Source: Porphyridium purpureum (taxonomy: Eukaryota). Taken from it: a DNA stretch of 64,000 bases. This document shows, piece after piece, positions 32,289 through 42,584 of this stretch. The translations under genes were made by a program, and so were the position numbers. The notes under the pieces are model-generated. The model worked only from the letters and a program-made list of their open reading frames with translations, had not been told where the DNA came from and searched no databases. Numbering within the stretch: position 1 is the first letter of the stretch; every line of letters begins with the position of its first letter. Location: NCBI GenBank assembly GCA_008690995.1, contig VRMN01000004.1, forward strand, positions 1,054,001-1,118,000. The letters are read 5' to 3'.

Positions 32289-33509
32289 TTACTTTTGGGC
32301 ATGTGAAGCTTTTTCTAACAAGGCGCAAAGAATGTTGAACCTTTTCCGGTCCATTTCGTTCACTGTGAAAACGTCCTTGAGATCAACCAGATCCGGTTCT
32401 TTCCGAAGCTGAGCGTCTCCCCAAGTCAAAAAACCTGACGGATCGTCCACTGCCGGCTCAGGATAGAGTTGAGCTCGTTTCTTGGTCCTGTAAATCCGTT
32501 CACGATCTGCATCGAGCAATAAGGTCTGGATCTCTGGTGGATGCAGCTCATCGATGCTGTTAAATATCTGCTCCACAGAGTTGTACTTGAGGAGCAGTTC
32601 GACTGCTGTCCTGGCGTCAATGCACTCGGTACCTTCTTGCTCGTCGATGACATCCCCCATCAGTGCGAGCAGATCCGTCAGCTGGCTGGGCGCCAAGTTT
32701 CCATACTCTCTGCGGTATCGATTCTCGTCGTAATGTACACACGCCGTGTAGCGCATTCTCTCTCTTACGCGCTTCGGAACAGAAGAAACGACAGGCGCGA
32801 CAGGCTTGTTTAAAGGCTTTAAGGTGCTGATCGAGTCCTGTTTCAAGAGCTGTCTGAAAAGTTTGTCCCCGGATATAATAATAGTCTTCTGGCCTGCTCT
32901 CGCGGCTTCAACTGCGAGTCGAGTGATGATATCGTCACCTTTGCCTTTTGTTGTAAACACCGGGAAGCCGCAGGCATTGAAAAGGCCCCAGACCCATGGC
33001 CAGGCAGCGCACGGAGCCATCTCAAGTGCCGGATCATCGACGGCGCACCGTGTTTCTCTGTACTTTGGAATCCTCTGCTTCCATCCTGGTGATGGCTGGC
33101 AGTCCAAAACCACAGCCATGGGCGAGTTACCCACAAGGTCGACCTTCAGGAGCGTGATTAGCTCACTGAGAACCCACGACGTTACGTACGTCTCATTCCT
33201 GCAACCCTCCATGTTCAACTTTGTGCGGCCCGCCATTTCGCGAAGATTTCTGTGCAGCAGATCCAACCCGTCCAACACGAAGAAGGAGCCTGTTGGGCGG
33301 GCATACACCGGGCGGTCGGCGTTCACCGCGAGCAATCTTAATTTGAACGGTGTATCATCACTGGGCGCATGCGCGGCCACGACGCTCTCGCGCTCCTCAT
33401 CATGGGATGCGGAACCCGTCGTCGTCGACGTCGTCTTCGTCGTCAAGAACGCTCTCTGCGCATGTGACTGACGCTGCCCAAGAACCAGCCAGCGTCGCGA
33501 TAATCTCAT
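32289..33509 (-). CDS. Stand-alone 5'-3' exonuclease (Pol I N-terminal PIN/FEN-like), mitochondrial-like presequence
   Basis: VLDGLDLLHR, VVLD, PKYRETR, GDDII, ISGDK..RQLL, ALMGD..D and TAVELLLKY motifs. Confidence 0.85.
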   Translation of the reverse strand: MRLSRRWLVLGQRQSHAQRAFLTTKTTSTTTGSASHDEERESVVAAHAPSDDTPFKLRLLAVNADRPVYARPTGSFFVLDGLDLLHRNLREMAGRTKLNMEGCRNETYVTSWVLSELITLLKVDLVGNSPMAVVLDCQPSPGWKQRIPKYRETRCAVDDPALEMAPCAAWPWVWGLFNACGFPVFTTKGKGDDIITRLAVEAARAGQKTIIISGDKLFRQLLKQDSISTLKPLNKPVAPVVSSVPKRVRERMRYTACVHYDENRYRREYGNLAPSQLTDLLALMGDVIDEQEGTECIDARTAVELLLKYNSVEQIFNSIDELHPPEIQTLLLDADRERIYRTKKRAQLYPEPAVDDPSGFLTWGDAQLRKEPDLVDLKDVFTVNEMDRKRFNILCALLEKASHAQK

Positions 33510-33756
33510 GCCTTGTTTCTATCCTCAAATCCACATCCAGCCCGCTTGTTTCTCCCTGCGCTCTCGGCTTCCCTCTCCGCGCAACCATCCTCTTTCATCA
33601 ACTGTACTCAAGCTGTACTCATAGAGATGTGAGTGTACCTTATCGCAGAAGGAAGTACAGTCGTGAGGCCTGCCAGCAAGTTGGAAAGGAGCGCAGTGGC
33701 AGGGGAGGAAGGTAGGGGAAGAGTGCGGTGATGTTGACGGGGGAGGAGGAGTGAAG

Positions 33757-34950
33757 ATGTCGCAGGTGGATGAGAGAAAGGATAACGCGCTGCGGGAGTA
33801 CCGCCGCGTCCTTCGGCAGCATCACGATGCGGAGGCAAAGGTGAAAGGGCTCCGTGAGGAGCTCAAGGGGTTGCGCAAGCAGTACGAGAAGAGCGAGGAC
33901 GATCTCAAGGCGCTGCAGAGTGTCGGGCAGATCATTGGCGAGATTTTGAGGGAGCTCAACCCAGAGAAGTTTATTGTGAAGGCATCCAGCGGGCCTCGGT
34001 ACGTCGTGGGCGTGCGCTCCAAGCTGGACAAGGCGGCGCTCAAGCAAGGGACGCGCGTGTCGCTCGATATGACCACGCTGACCATCATGCGCATTCTGGA
34101 TCGTGAGGTGGACCCGCTCGTGCATAACATGCTCACCGAGGACTCGGGTGGTATCAAGTACTCGGAAATCGGCGGGCTCGGCGATCAGATTCGTCAGTTG
34201 CGCGAGGTGGTCGAACTGCCCATCACAAACCCGGAGCTCTTCCAGCGTGTCGGCATTCGGGCGCCCAAGGGCGTGCTGCTGTACGGACCTCCAGGCACGG
34301 GCAAGACGCTCTTAGCCAAGGCCATTGCCAGCAATGTTGATGCAACCTTTTTGAAGGTAGTTGCGAGCGCGATCGTAGACAAGTACATTGGCGAGAGCGC
34401 GCGTGTCATCAGAGAAATGTTCCAGTATGCGAAAGACCACCAGCCATGCGTGATTTTCATGGACGAAATAGACGCAATTGGCGGGCGGCGATTCTCAGAG
34501 GGTACGTCAGCGGATCGCGAGATCCAGCGGACGCTCATGGAGCTACTCAACCAATTGGATGGCTTTGACGACCTCGGCAAAGTCAAGCTCATTATGGCAA
34601 CGAACCGTCCTGACGTGCTGGACCCCGCACTGCTGCGACCTGGTCGCCTGGACCGGAAATTGGAGATTCCACTTCCGAATGAACAGGGCCGTTTGGAGGT
34701 GATGAAAATCCACGCGCGCAAGATCACCAAGCACGGCGAAATTGATTACGAGGCGATCGTCAAGCTATCTGAGGGCTTCAACTGTGCGGATCTCAGAAAT
34801 GTGTGCACGGAGGCAGGTATGTTTGCGATCCGCGACGAGCGCGATTATGTAGTACAAGAGGACTTTATGAAAGCTGTGCGCAAGATTGCCGACAACAAGG
34901 GCCTCGAAGGCAAACTGGACTATAAGAGCGACTGGAAGCAAAGTGAATAA
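33757..34950 (+). CDS. RPT4: 26S proteasome AAA-ATPase Rpt4/PSMC6
   Basis: [50 protein letters not shown]. Confidence 0.98.
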   Translation: MSQVDERKDNALREYRRVLRQHHDAEAKVKGLREELKGLRKQYEKSEDDLKALQSVGQIIGEILRELNPEKFIVKASSGPRYVVGVRSKLDKAALKQGTRVSLDMTTLTIMRILDREVDPLVHNMLTEDSGGIKYSEIGGLGDQIRQLREVVELPITNPELFQRVGIRAPKGVLLYGPPGTGKTLLAKAIASNVDATFLKVVASAIVDKYIGESARVIREMFQYAKDHQPCVIFMDEIDAIGGRRFSEGTSADREIQRTLMELLNQLDGFDDLGKVKLIMATNRPDVLDPALLRPGRLDRKLEIPLPNEQGRLEVMKIHARKITKHGEIDYEAIVKLSEGFNCADLRNVCTEAGMFAIRDERDYVVQEDFMKAVRKIADNKGLEGKLDYKSDWKQSE

Positions 34951-35316
34951 AGTAGCGTTCTGGTGAACGCTGTAAGTGCCAGCGCGAGCTTTACATTGAT
35001 GATTTTCCTTGTGCCGTTCGCGTGCAGAGAATCGCACGCGACTTCAAGGCTCCGACCAGGAGAGTCAAAACCTAATTCCGCTTTTCTTGGCTCTCGCTTG
35101 TGAATGGCGCATCAAAATTTGCGAACATGACGTTTGTCTGTGCTTGCTCAGATGGTCGTGCCGAGCATTTTCATCCCTTTTGTTGTCAACGGAAAAGATT
35201 TTGTGAACGCTCCTTGCCGAGATGGCCTTCACTTTGAGAGCATGTGCGAGCTCTCAGCTTGTGCGACCACACAAACAAGCCTCTAGTCCTCCCAAGCGTC
35301 TACTGAAGGACGCCAA

Positions 35317-36126
35317 TCACCGCGTTTTCACTCGACGAAACCGCTTGGCACCAAGAAAGCCGCAAACAAGTCCTGTAACCAGTCCACTCATGTGGCCCAC
35401 ATTATCTACGCCAGAGCCAGGCGCAAGGCCAAGGAGCAGGTTCAATGCCATGACGCGCGCAATGGACTTGAGTGGACGGCTGACATTGAGCTCGCGGCGA
35501 TTCACAAACAGCGCTGTGGCGAACGCACCAGTGAGCGCAAAGATCGCGCCAGAAGCACCAGCGGATCGCACAAAATTGCCATGGAACATTGCAGACCCAA
35601 CTGATGAGCCAATGCCGCCAAGCAGGTAAATTCCAAGGAACCCACGCTTCCCATAAAACTGAATCACGGCACCGCCAACATTGCGCAAACTCATCATGTT
35701 GACAGCCAAGTGCATCAGATTAAAGTGCAGGAAAGATGATGTGAAGAGACGGTGTATCTCGCCGCTCATGATTGCCGGCCGTGACACCGCACCCATCGTT
35801 AAAAGAGCGCGGTTCATGAGCAGCACGTCTACAGCATGCACAAGCACATTCAGTCCCGCCATCAGATCCACAGGACTGAGTGCCATGAGCCACTGTCCGA
35901 TAGGTTCCGACTTCCATGAACGCTCTATTTTCCGGACCTGACGTGTAGCGCGCGGCCGCGACACAAAGCTCGTACCAAAGCTGGAGTGCGAGCCGGAACG
36001 CGAACCCGCCAGCAAGGCGGAATATACTGCTTTGCAAGAGTCATTCCGTTGACCGTCGCCGTCGCGCCGGGGCGGCGGCCCAGTCAGCCCGCTTCCGGGC
36101 GTAGAGAAGGCGACTATGCTCAGCAT
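35317..36126 (-). CDS. Rhomboid serine protease, probably plastid-targeted
   Basis: HRLFTSSFLH..HLAVNM, GASGA catalytic Ser, DNVGHMSG catalytic His. Confidence 0.9.
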   Translation of the reverse strand: MLSIVAFSTPGSGLTGPPPRRDGDGQRNDSCKAVYSALLAGSRSGSHSSFGTSFVSRPRATRQVRKIERSWKSEPIGQWLMALSPVDLMAGLNVLVHAVDVLLMNRALLTMGAVSRPAIMSGEIHRLFTSSFLHFNLMHLAVNMMSLRNVGGAVIQFYGKRGFLGIYLLGGIGSSVGSAMFHGNFVRSAGASGAIFALTGAFATALFVNRRELNVSRPLKSIARVMALNLLLGLAPGSGVDNVGHMSGLVTGLVCGFLGAKRFRRVKTR

Positions 36127-37330
36127 GCTTGTACCTGACCTAGGCGAAAGACTTTTCGCGTGGCCAGAAACCAATCCTGCCCCTCCACATCCTCGTTCAT
36201 AAATATGCCGTTGACGAGTTTGCGACCCCTTTTGTGCCAGCACGACACGAGTCTGTAGCTTTTGCGGTGAGTGCGCTCGTCAGGAATCCGGAGCGTTTCA
36301 TCATGCCAGCAAGATGTGCCAAGTCGAAAGCCGCGCTGGGAATGCCCTTCCATCTTTACTTTAAGCCCTCCGCACGCCATCACGGTATTCAGCAGGATGC
36401 TACAGCGAAATATGAGTTCGTGCAGGACGTAGGAATCGAGCGGCGGCTTCGCCAGTCGTCATCCTCTGCATTCTTGATGTCATGCAGCGATACTTTAACC
36501 TACGCCCACGCACAGTCACGCGAACAAACCACAAACTGCGTTGTCTTGCACGCTCAGATGCTGCGACCTAACAAAGACTTACCGTCGACCGCAGTCGCCG
36601 GGCGCTTTAGACGGGATCACGTGCATCCTCGCCGCCACACACGGAAATAAACTATCATCGGGGAGTTTTTAAGGGGGAGATCTCTCTTCTTCTTCCTCTG
36701 TTTCTTCTTCGAATCGAGCGAGGCTTTCTGCCAAGTAGCGCAGACAATCGTTCAGTTTGTCGTCGGGTCAATGTCAATGTGCGTACCGCAAACCATCCCG
36801 CCGCGCAGCGCCTCGGAGCCAAGAGGTGTTAAAAAGGTTTCAAAAATTGCCACTCGCACAGCGCAAGGCCGACGGTGGCAAGTAGATAAGTTTGCAACCA
36901 GCGATCGTCGTTCATCGGTAGAACCTCATTTGAAAGACATCACCCGAAGCATATCGATGCCGAAAAGAGAAAACCCTCCCACCCTGTCCTCCCTGCGGCC
37001 CCGCGGCGGTTAAATACCTCCGTGGATTCGAGAAACCCTTATTCTAACTTCTAGCTGCGGTTATTTCTAGGGTCTTTGATAGGGAGATTCTGAAACGCAG
37101 AGATCGTGTGGCGGGAAGAAGGGCGCGACATGTGGATGGACGAGACTGTGTTTGGGTGCGAGCGGGAGAACTGAGCTTGTGTGCGCGCCAGTGGGAGGAC
37201 GTGGACGAGTATTAGTGAATGCGCCAACTTTCAAGAGGCGATACAACAGCGAGCGGCAGAGTGAGCTGGACGCGAAGGCGTAGAGAAGGACTTTGAGAGA
37301 CGAGAGACTGTGAGACAGCACTCTGGCACG

Positions 37331-38362
37331 ATGAACGGCTTGGAAGGGATTGAGAAGACGACGCTGTCGCGCTTTATTCTGGATGAGCAGCGCAAGAATC
37401 CTGCGGCGCAGGGTGACCTGACGCTGTTGCTGAGTGGCGTGCAGACGGCATGCAAGATCATCGAGTCGTGCGTGCGCCGCGCCGGCATTGCGCAGCTGTA
37501 CGGACTGGCGGGCTCTGGAAATGTGCAGGGTGAGGATCAGAAGAAGCTGGATATTCTGGCGAACGACGTGTTCAAGGAGCACGTGGCATCAACAGGTAAG
37601 GTGTGCATCATGGTGAGCGAGGAGGAGGACGAGCCTATCATTGTGGACAATGCGTTTGGGACGGCAAAGTATGCCATTGCGTTCGACCCGCTGGACGGCT
37701 CGTCCAACATTGACGCGAATGTTTCGATCGGCACGATCTTTTCGATCTTTCGCATCCCGAACCCGGCCGAGATTAAAACCGCTGCAGACGCCACCAAGGC
37801 CATCATGCAACCCGGCAGCGAAATGGTGGTGGCTGGGTACTGCATGTTTGGCTCGGCTACCAACATGGTGCTCACTTTCAACGGCGGAAAGGTCCACGGA
37901 TTCACATTGGACAACACGATTGGCGAGTTTCTGATGACGCACCCGAACATTTCTATTCCGAAGGACTGTCACATCTACTCTGTGAACGAAGGAAATCTGA
38001 TCCTTTGGGACGAGCAGACGACCACTTACATCAATAAGGTCAAGAACCCCGGAGACGGCAAGAAACCATACTCTGCGCGCTACATTGGATCCATGGTCGC
38101 GGACGTGCATCGAACGCTGCTCTATGGAGGTGTCTTCATGTACCCGGCGGACAAGAAGACCGCCAACGGTAAACTTCGTTTGCTGTACGAGGCAGCACCC
38201 ATGGCCATGCTGCTTGAGAACGCTGGCGGCGCCGCCAGTTCGGGCGCACTGAACAAGCGCATTCTCGATATTGTGCCCTCCAGCATCCACCAGCGCGTGC
38301 CGGTCTTTATGGGCTCCTACAATGACATCAACTATATCAACGAGCTCTACCACCCCAAATGA
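37331..38362 (+). CDS. FBP: Fructose-1,6-bisphosphatase class I (cytosolic)
   Basis: GEDQKKLD, FDPLDGSSNID, RYIGSMVADVHRTL, GKLRLLYEAAPM; no transit peptide. Confidence 0.97.
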   Translation: MNGLEGIEKTTLSRFILDEQRKNPAAQGDLTLLLSGVQTACKIIESCVRRAGIAQLYGLAGSGNVQGEDQKKLDILANDVFKEHVASTGKVCIMVSEEEDEPIIVDNAFGTAKYAIAFDPLDGSSNIDANVSIGTIFSIFRIPNPAEIKTAADATKAIMQPGSEMVVAGYCMFGSATNMVLTFNGGKVHGFTLDNTIGEFLMTHPNISIPKDCHIYSVNEGNLILWDEQTTTYINKVKNPGDGKKPYSARYIGSMVADVHRTLLYGGVFMYPADKKTANGKLRLLYEAAPMAMLLENAGGAASSGALNKRILDIVPSSIHQRVPVFMGSYNDINYINELYHPK

Positions 38363-38538
38363 GCGCCCGACAACTTTCCTAGGATCATGCAATAAAAGCG
38401 AACGCGCGAAGAGTCTGGCTGTTCCGTAGATTGTCACGCTAATCACCTCAGTCGCACGAGGAGCCTGTTGTGCCCGAGCAACGCAGGGAGCTCTCCTGGC
38501 CGGCGCTAGCGGCGTGCGCTTATGCAAAGGGATTTGAC

Positions 38539-39576
38539 ATGATCAAGCGATTCAAATGGAATGTGGTTTACGACGACGATGGCGCCGATTCGGGCAGCGA
38601 CAGAGAGCACCCTACCGATGAAGAACAGTCGCGGTCTTCTTCGAGTGAGGACGAAGACGCTGCGCAGGTGACCGGAGGCCGTGCGACGGCGTTGCAGCAG
38701 CTCGCGGCAAATGACGAGTTTGTCGCGCGATGGATGACCAAACAGGAGGAAGCTGGGAATCCGGACGCCGTTTTCGTGGTAGCTCCGGTTCGCACGACGG
38801 CACCGCCGCTCAAGAGTGATGCGGACTCGGCGTCCTCGGCCTCATCTGAACAGAAGGGCCCAAACGCGTCGGGTAAGGACGGCGACGATCGAGGAAATAG
38901 TCCACTAGGGACGCAGAAGAAAGCGGCTGCCCACGGAAAGGAGCGGCCTGCCACTTTGGACGAAAACGCGGGGAACGGATTGACCAAGGGCAAAGCTTCC
39001 GAAAAGCGGGGCGTCAAGACGTGTACGGTGTGTCCTGATCGGTTGTTGTTGAACGACCTTGACGTTGAGAGCCACCTCAAATCGAAAGCGCATCTGAAGG
39101 CGCTGAAACGGGCAGATGCTCTTGCGCGGTTGCGCCGCAAAGCGGCAGAGGCAAACAGTGAGGATGAGGACGAGCGCGAGGAAAAGCTGGCAAGAAAGAA
39201 GGAGAAGCGAGAACAGAAGCGCAAAGAGAAGCGCAAAGAGAAGAAGAAGAAGAAAGAGCTGTCACTCAGCGCGGCCGAAATTGAGCGGCGGAAGGAGAAA
39301 TTCGCGCAGAAGAAGGCTCGCCGTCTCTTGCGACGAGCACAAGGCGACGACGGCGATAGGGTGCACGGTCCGAATCCCCCGGGAGATCTTCAGAAGGCTG
39401 CTGGCGAGCATCTACCCAGTGCAGAGACGGGCCTTGCGCATGATACTGCAGTCGATGTGGGCCACGCAAAGACTCGCATCGAGCCGACCAAACTGAAGAA
39501 GCACAAGAAGAAGCGCTCACACGAGCCTGAGGAATTTGAGGAGAAACGCAAGCGTCAGGACGCAAAGACCAAGTAA
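38539..39576 (+). CDS. C2H2 (U1/matrin-like) zinc-finger, Lys-rich nuclear protein
   Basis: CTVCPDRLLLN...HLKSKAH; K/E-rich tail. Confidence 0.75.
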   Translation: MIKRFKWNVVYDDDGADSGSDREHPTDEEQSRSSSSEDEDAAQVTGGRATALQQLAANDEFVARWMTKQEEAGNPDAVFVVAPVRTTAPPLKSDADSASSASSEQKGPNASGKDGDDRGNSPLGTQKKAAAHGKERPATLDENAGNGLTKGKASEKRGVKTCTVCPDRLLLNDLDVESHLKSKAHLKALKRADALARLRRKAAEANSEDEDEREEKLARKKEKREQKRKEKRKEKKKKKELSLSAAEIERRKEKFAQKKARRLLRRAQGDDGDRVHGPNPPGDLQKAAGEHLPSAETGLAHDTAVDVGHAKTRIEPTKLKKHKKKRSHEPEEFEEKRKRQDAKTK

Positions 39577-39794
39577 AGATTTAGGCCACATTCACGCGAG
39601 CCAGGTGTTCGACCACGTGCTTGATCCTCCTCACCAGCCTATGACATTCGCGCGCTTTGCAAGTAAACTCGCGTTTGCGGCGACATGTCGACCTTGCGTT
39701 CACGACCTGCGAGTTATACGGCCACAAGAAGTGCGGAGGAAGGATTTGAGATTCGAGGCCCCTGTTGATCGATAGTAATCACCCGGGCGCGATC

Positions 39795-40659
39795 ATGAAT
39801 GCGTATGGAGCAGCCATGCCCGGCGCGGGCGGACCTGGTGGCGTATCGCAAGCAGAAGCGGCGCAGATTATGCAACAGGAGGCGCAGTTTTACATCGATT
39901 TCGTGAACAAGTTACGTTGCCGGGAGAACTGCGTTTGAACACAAGCCCTCGTGGACTGTGTGCATGGAGCGAGAGTCGTAAGAGTTGCTAACTGAACGGA
40001 CGGTCGTGCGATGGGACCTTGTTGTTGTTGTTTTTTCTTTCCCGGTGCGCGTGGATTTTCCTCATGTAGGGTGACAGATGCGTGCTTCAAGAAGTGTGTC
40101 GCCAAGTTCAACGAGGGCGACTTGAACACAGGCGAGCAGGCATGCGTGGATCGCTGCGTTTCCAAGTACTTTGACGTAAGTTTGGCGCGTGCAGCACACG
40201 CTCGTTCTTGCCGAGACACGAGTGGGTCCGAAGGCGTCCGGCGCGCCGTGACGGTCGGATCCAGTCCGGTCATTGCTATGTTTATATCAGAGGCCCGAGA
40301 AGTGCGTTTCTAACTAATTGTACCTACCTCCTTCTCTGACACTGTGGGCTCTCACTCTCTGGCTGCTGCTACATGCCACTTTATCGCATTCCGGTGTGTG
40401 TCTGTTTGTCCATGTGGATGTGTCTGTGCGAAACTGCGGCGCGATCTATACGGAGACGACGCCGCAATTCTTGCGCGCGCATGTTCCGTGCTTGTGCGTG
40501 TATGTGTCTATTGTCTACTGTCTCTTTGTCCCTCACATGCCATCATTCGGCGTCCTGTCTCATCTGCGTCATGCACGGATTCTTTGCGACAATGACTCAC
40601 AGGCCACGAACAAAGTGGGCCAAGTGTTCCAGACTCAGATGAACGCGCCGCCGCCTTAA
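39795..40659 (+). CDS. TIM10: Small Tim chaperone Tim10, 3 exons (39795-39910, 40070-40175, 40603-40659)
   Basis: Spliced frame reads ...FYIDFVNKVTDACFKKCV...LNTGEQACVDRCVSKYFD-ATNKVGQVF (twin CX3C); GT..AG introns 39911-40069 and 40176-40602 keep the frame; not shown intact in the ORF track. Confidence 0.88.
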
Positions 40660-41027
40660 TAACTGTACCGCAAGAGCACAGATCGATCGCGGTGCTAGTA
40701 AAACAACCTGATTTTACCACACCAACGTACGGCGTCAAAAATAGAAAGGTACAGTTTCTATTTCGGGCGGGTGTGGGCCAAGTTTCTGCGGGTGTACAGT
40801 GCAAACACGCCCGCGCGAATCGAATTTCGTGTCGCGAGCACCGCTTTTTTATAGGCAAACGTATCGCGACACGTGGGGGGTGTACAGTTGATTTGATTTG
40901 AATCGGCATAAGATGCAATCCTTATTAGGTGAAGACACGGCTGGAGTGGGAAGGACGGAACGCGTACGAGACACGAGGCAAAGAACATAGCAGCAGGTGT
41001 GTGAGTGTGGGTAGTTGTGGCCGTATA

Positions 41028-42491
41028 ATGATACGGCATGCCGAGCGTGGGCTTGCGTGTGTGCGGCCGTGGGCGGGGTGTGGAGCGGTGGGGCACGAGG
41101 AGAGCGTGAGCACGCGCCGTCAGAGCGGGAGAGTGGCGCGCGTCGAGCAGCTTGTGGGGGTGTTTGTCGGCCTGCTGAGTTGGCTCGTGGCTCAGCTCGT
41201 GCCTTTTCAGTCGCGTTCGTGCGGGATGCGGTGCGCGCAAGAGCAGCGGCGTCAGGAGCGTCGAGGTGAAGAGGCGTGCGTGCGTTTGGATGAGGGAGCT
41301 GAGGCGTGCGCCGGTTCCAGCACGGGCTCGGCTTCGCAGCTGGCCTCGTGCGCAAGCGCGTGTCCAGATGTGGCAAGTGGTGTCGGTAAAGCACATGAAG
41401 AGTCAGCGGCCAATCGAATCATCCACACAGTCGAGTCGACTGCGGAACAGCTCTACCAGTCTGTCGAAGCATCGGCTGGGCAATTTCGTCACTCGGTTGA
41501 AGCGTCCGCGGGTCAGTTCCGGCATTCGGTCGAGGCATCCGCAGGTCAACTTCGGCACTCGGTCGAAACCTCGGTCGGGCATATTCGGACAACCGCGGCA
41601 GCCTCGGCTGACCAGGTGATCCACAAAGTTGAAGAGTGGGCCCACTTGTTCGCCGATCACAAGATGCCGGAATGGGCGCAGCGCCCATTCATCACGCACG
41701 GATACCGCCCGATCGGCCAGCCTATTCGCGAGATAGTCATGAGCGCGTTCCAGGTGCACAACGAAACCGGGAATTTTTGGACGCACTTTGTGCCGGGAGT
41801 CATTTTCCTTTTTGCCGCGCTACCGTACGTTCTGTTCGGGTGCCTTTCCGATGAGCCCGTGCAGGACAGGATTTTCATGATTGTCTACGTGCTCGCGGCA
41901 GCCAGCTGCCACACGGCTTCATCTGTGTATCATCTTTTTTCGTGCCGCAACGAGCACACATTTGTGGCATTATGCCGCACAGACTACAAGGCTATTGTGA
42001 GTCTGATTTGCGCGTCGCAGTTTCCAGCACTCTCTGTGGTCTTGCTGCGTCGGCACAATGCGTGGGGCATCGGCGCGATCACCGGCCTGGCGGCGCTTTG
42101 GATTCTGGGCATTCCTTTGATGAACATTTTTGAGAGGGAAAAGATGGACGCGCAGAAGAACTTGCTCATGGTGGTGATGGCGTCATTTGGCTCGATAATG
42201 ATTTGCCTTGCCACTTTCACCTTTCGTGCTGTGGAACTCTCACGTGCTGAAATTCTGTTCCTCACCTCGCGCACCTTGGTCATGTACAGTGCGTACGGCC
42301 TTGGCTTTGCCGTGTTTGGTCTTCGCTTGCCCGAGCGATGGGTCCCGGGCAAGGTGAACCTTGTTGGACACAGTCATCAAGTGTGGCATCTGTGCGTCAC
42401 AGTAGGCAGCAGTTATTGGCTCTACGCGCTCCTGCAATTTTATGACATGGGCAGTCGATTAGCGGGAAGTGCGGCCACCATTACAATTTAG
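41028..42491 (+). CDS. PAQR/adiponectin-receptor (HlyIII) family membrane protein
   Basis: PFITHGYRP, HNETGNFWTH, SSVYHLF, LPERWVPG, GHSHQVWH; start codon uncertain. Confidence 0.92.
   Translation: MIRHAERGLACVRPWAGCGAVGHEESVSTRRQSGRVARVEQLVGVFVGLLSWLVAQLVPFQSRSCGMRCAQEQRRQERRGEEACVRLDEGAEACAGSSTGSASQLASCASACPDVASGVGKAHEESAANRIIHTVESTAEQLYQSVEASAGQFRHSVEASAGQFRHSVEASAGQLRHSVETSVGHIRTTAAASADQVIHKVEEWAHLFADHKMPEWAQRPFITHGYRPIGQPIREIVMSAFQVHNETGNFWTHFVPGVIFLFAALPYVLFGCLSDEPVQDRIFMIVYVLAAASCHTASSVYHLFSCRNEHTFVALCRTDYKAIVSLICASQFPALSVVLLRRHNAWGIGAITGLAALWILGIPLMNIFEREKMDAQKNLLMVVMASFGSIMICLATFTFRAVELSRAEILFLTSRTLVMYSAYGLGFAVFGLRLPERWVPGKVNLVGHSHQVWHLCVTVGSSYWLYALLQFYDMGSRLAGSAATITI
41430..41590 (+). 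repeat. 33-bp coding tandem repeat (VEASAGQFRHS x about 5)
   Basis: 11-aa repeats in the PAQR N-terminal region. Confidence 0.85.
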
Positions 42492-42584
42492 GAAGAATTT
42501 GGTAGTTGCGGCGTATGTATTTTGTTTTCATTTATAATTTGTTATGCTCGTCGAGAAACCCGAATGTACTCGGCTGCCAGAGGC

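Noticed and set aside
37589..38527. 312-aa minus-strand ORF
   Set aside because: Antisense to FBPase; no independent support.
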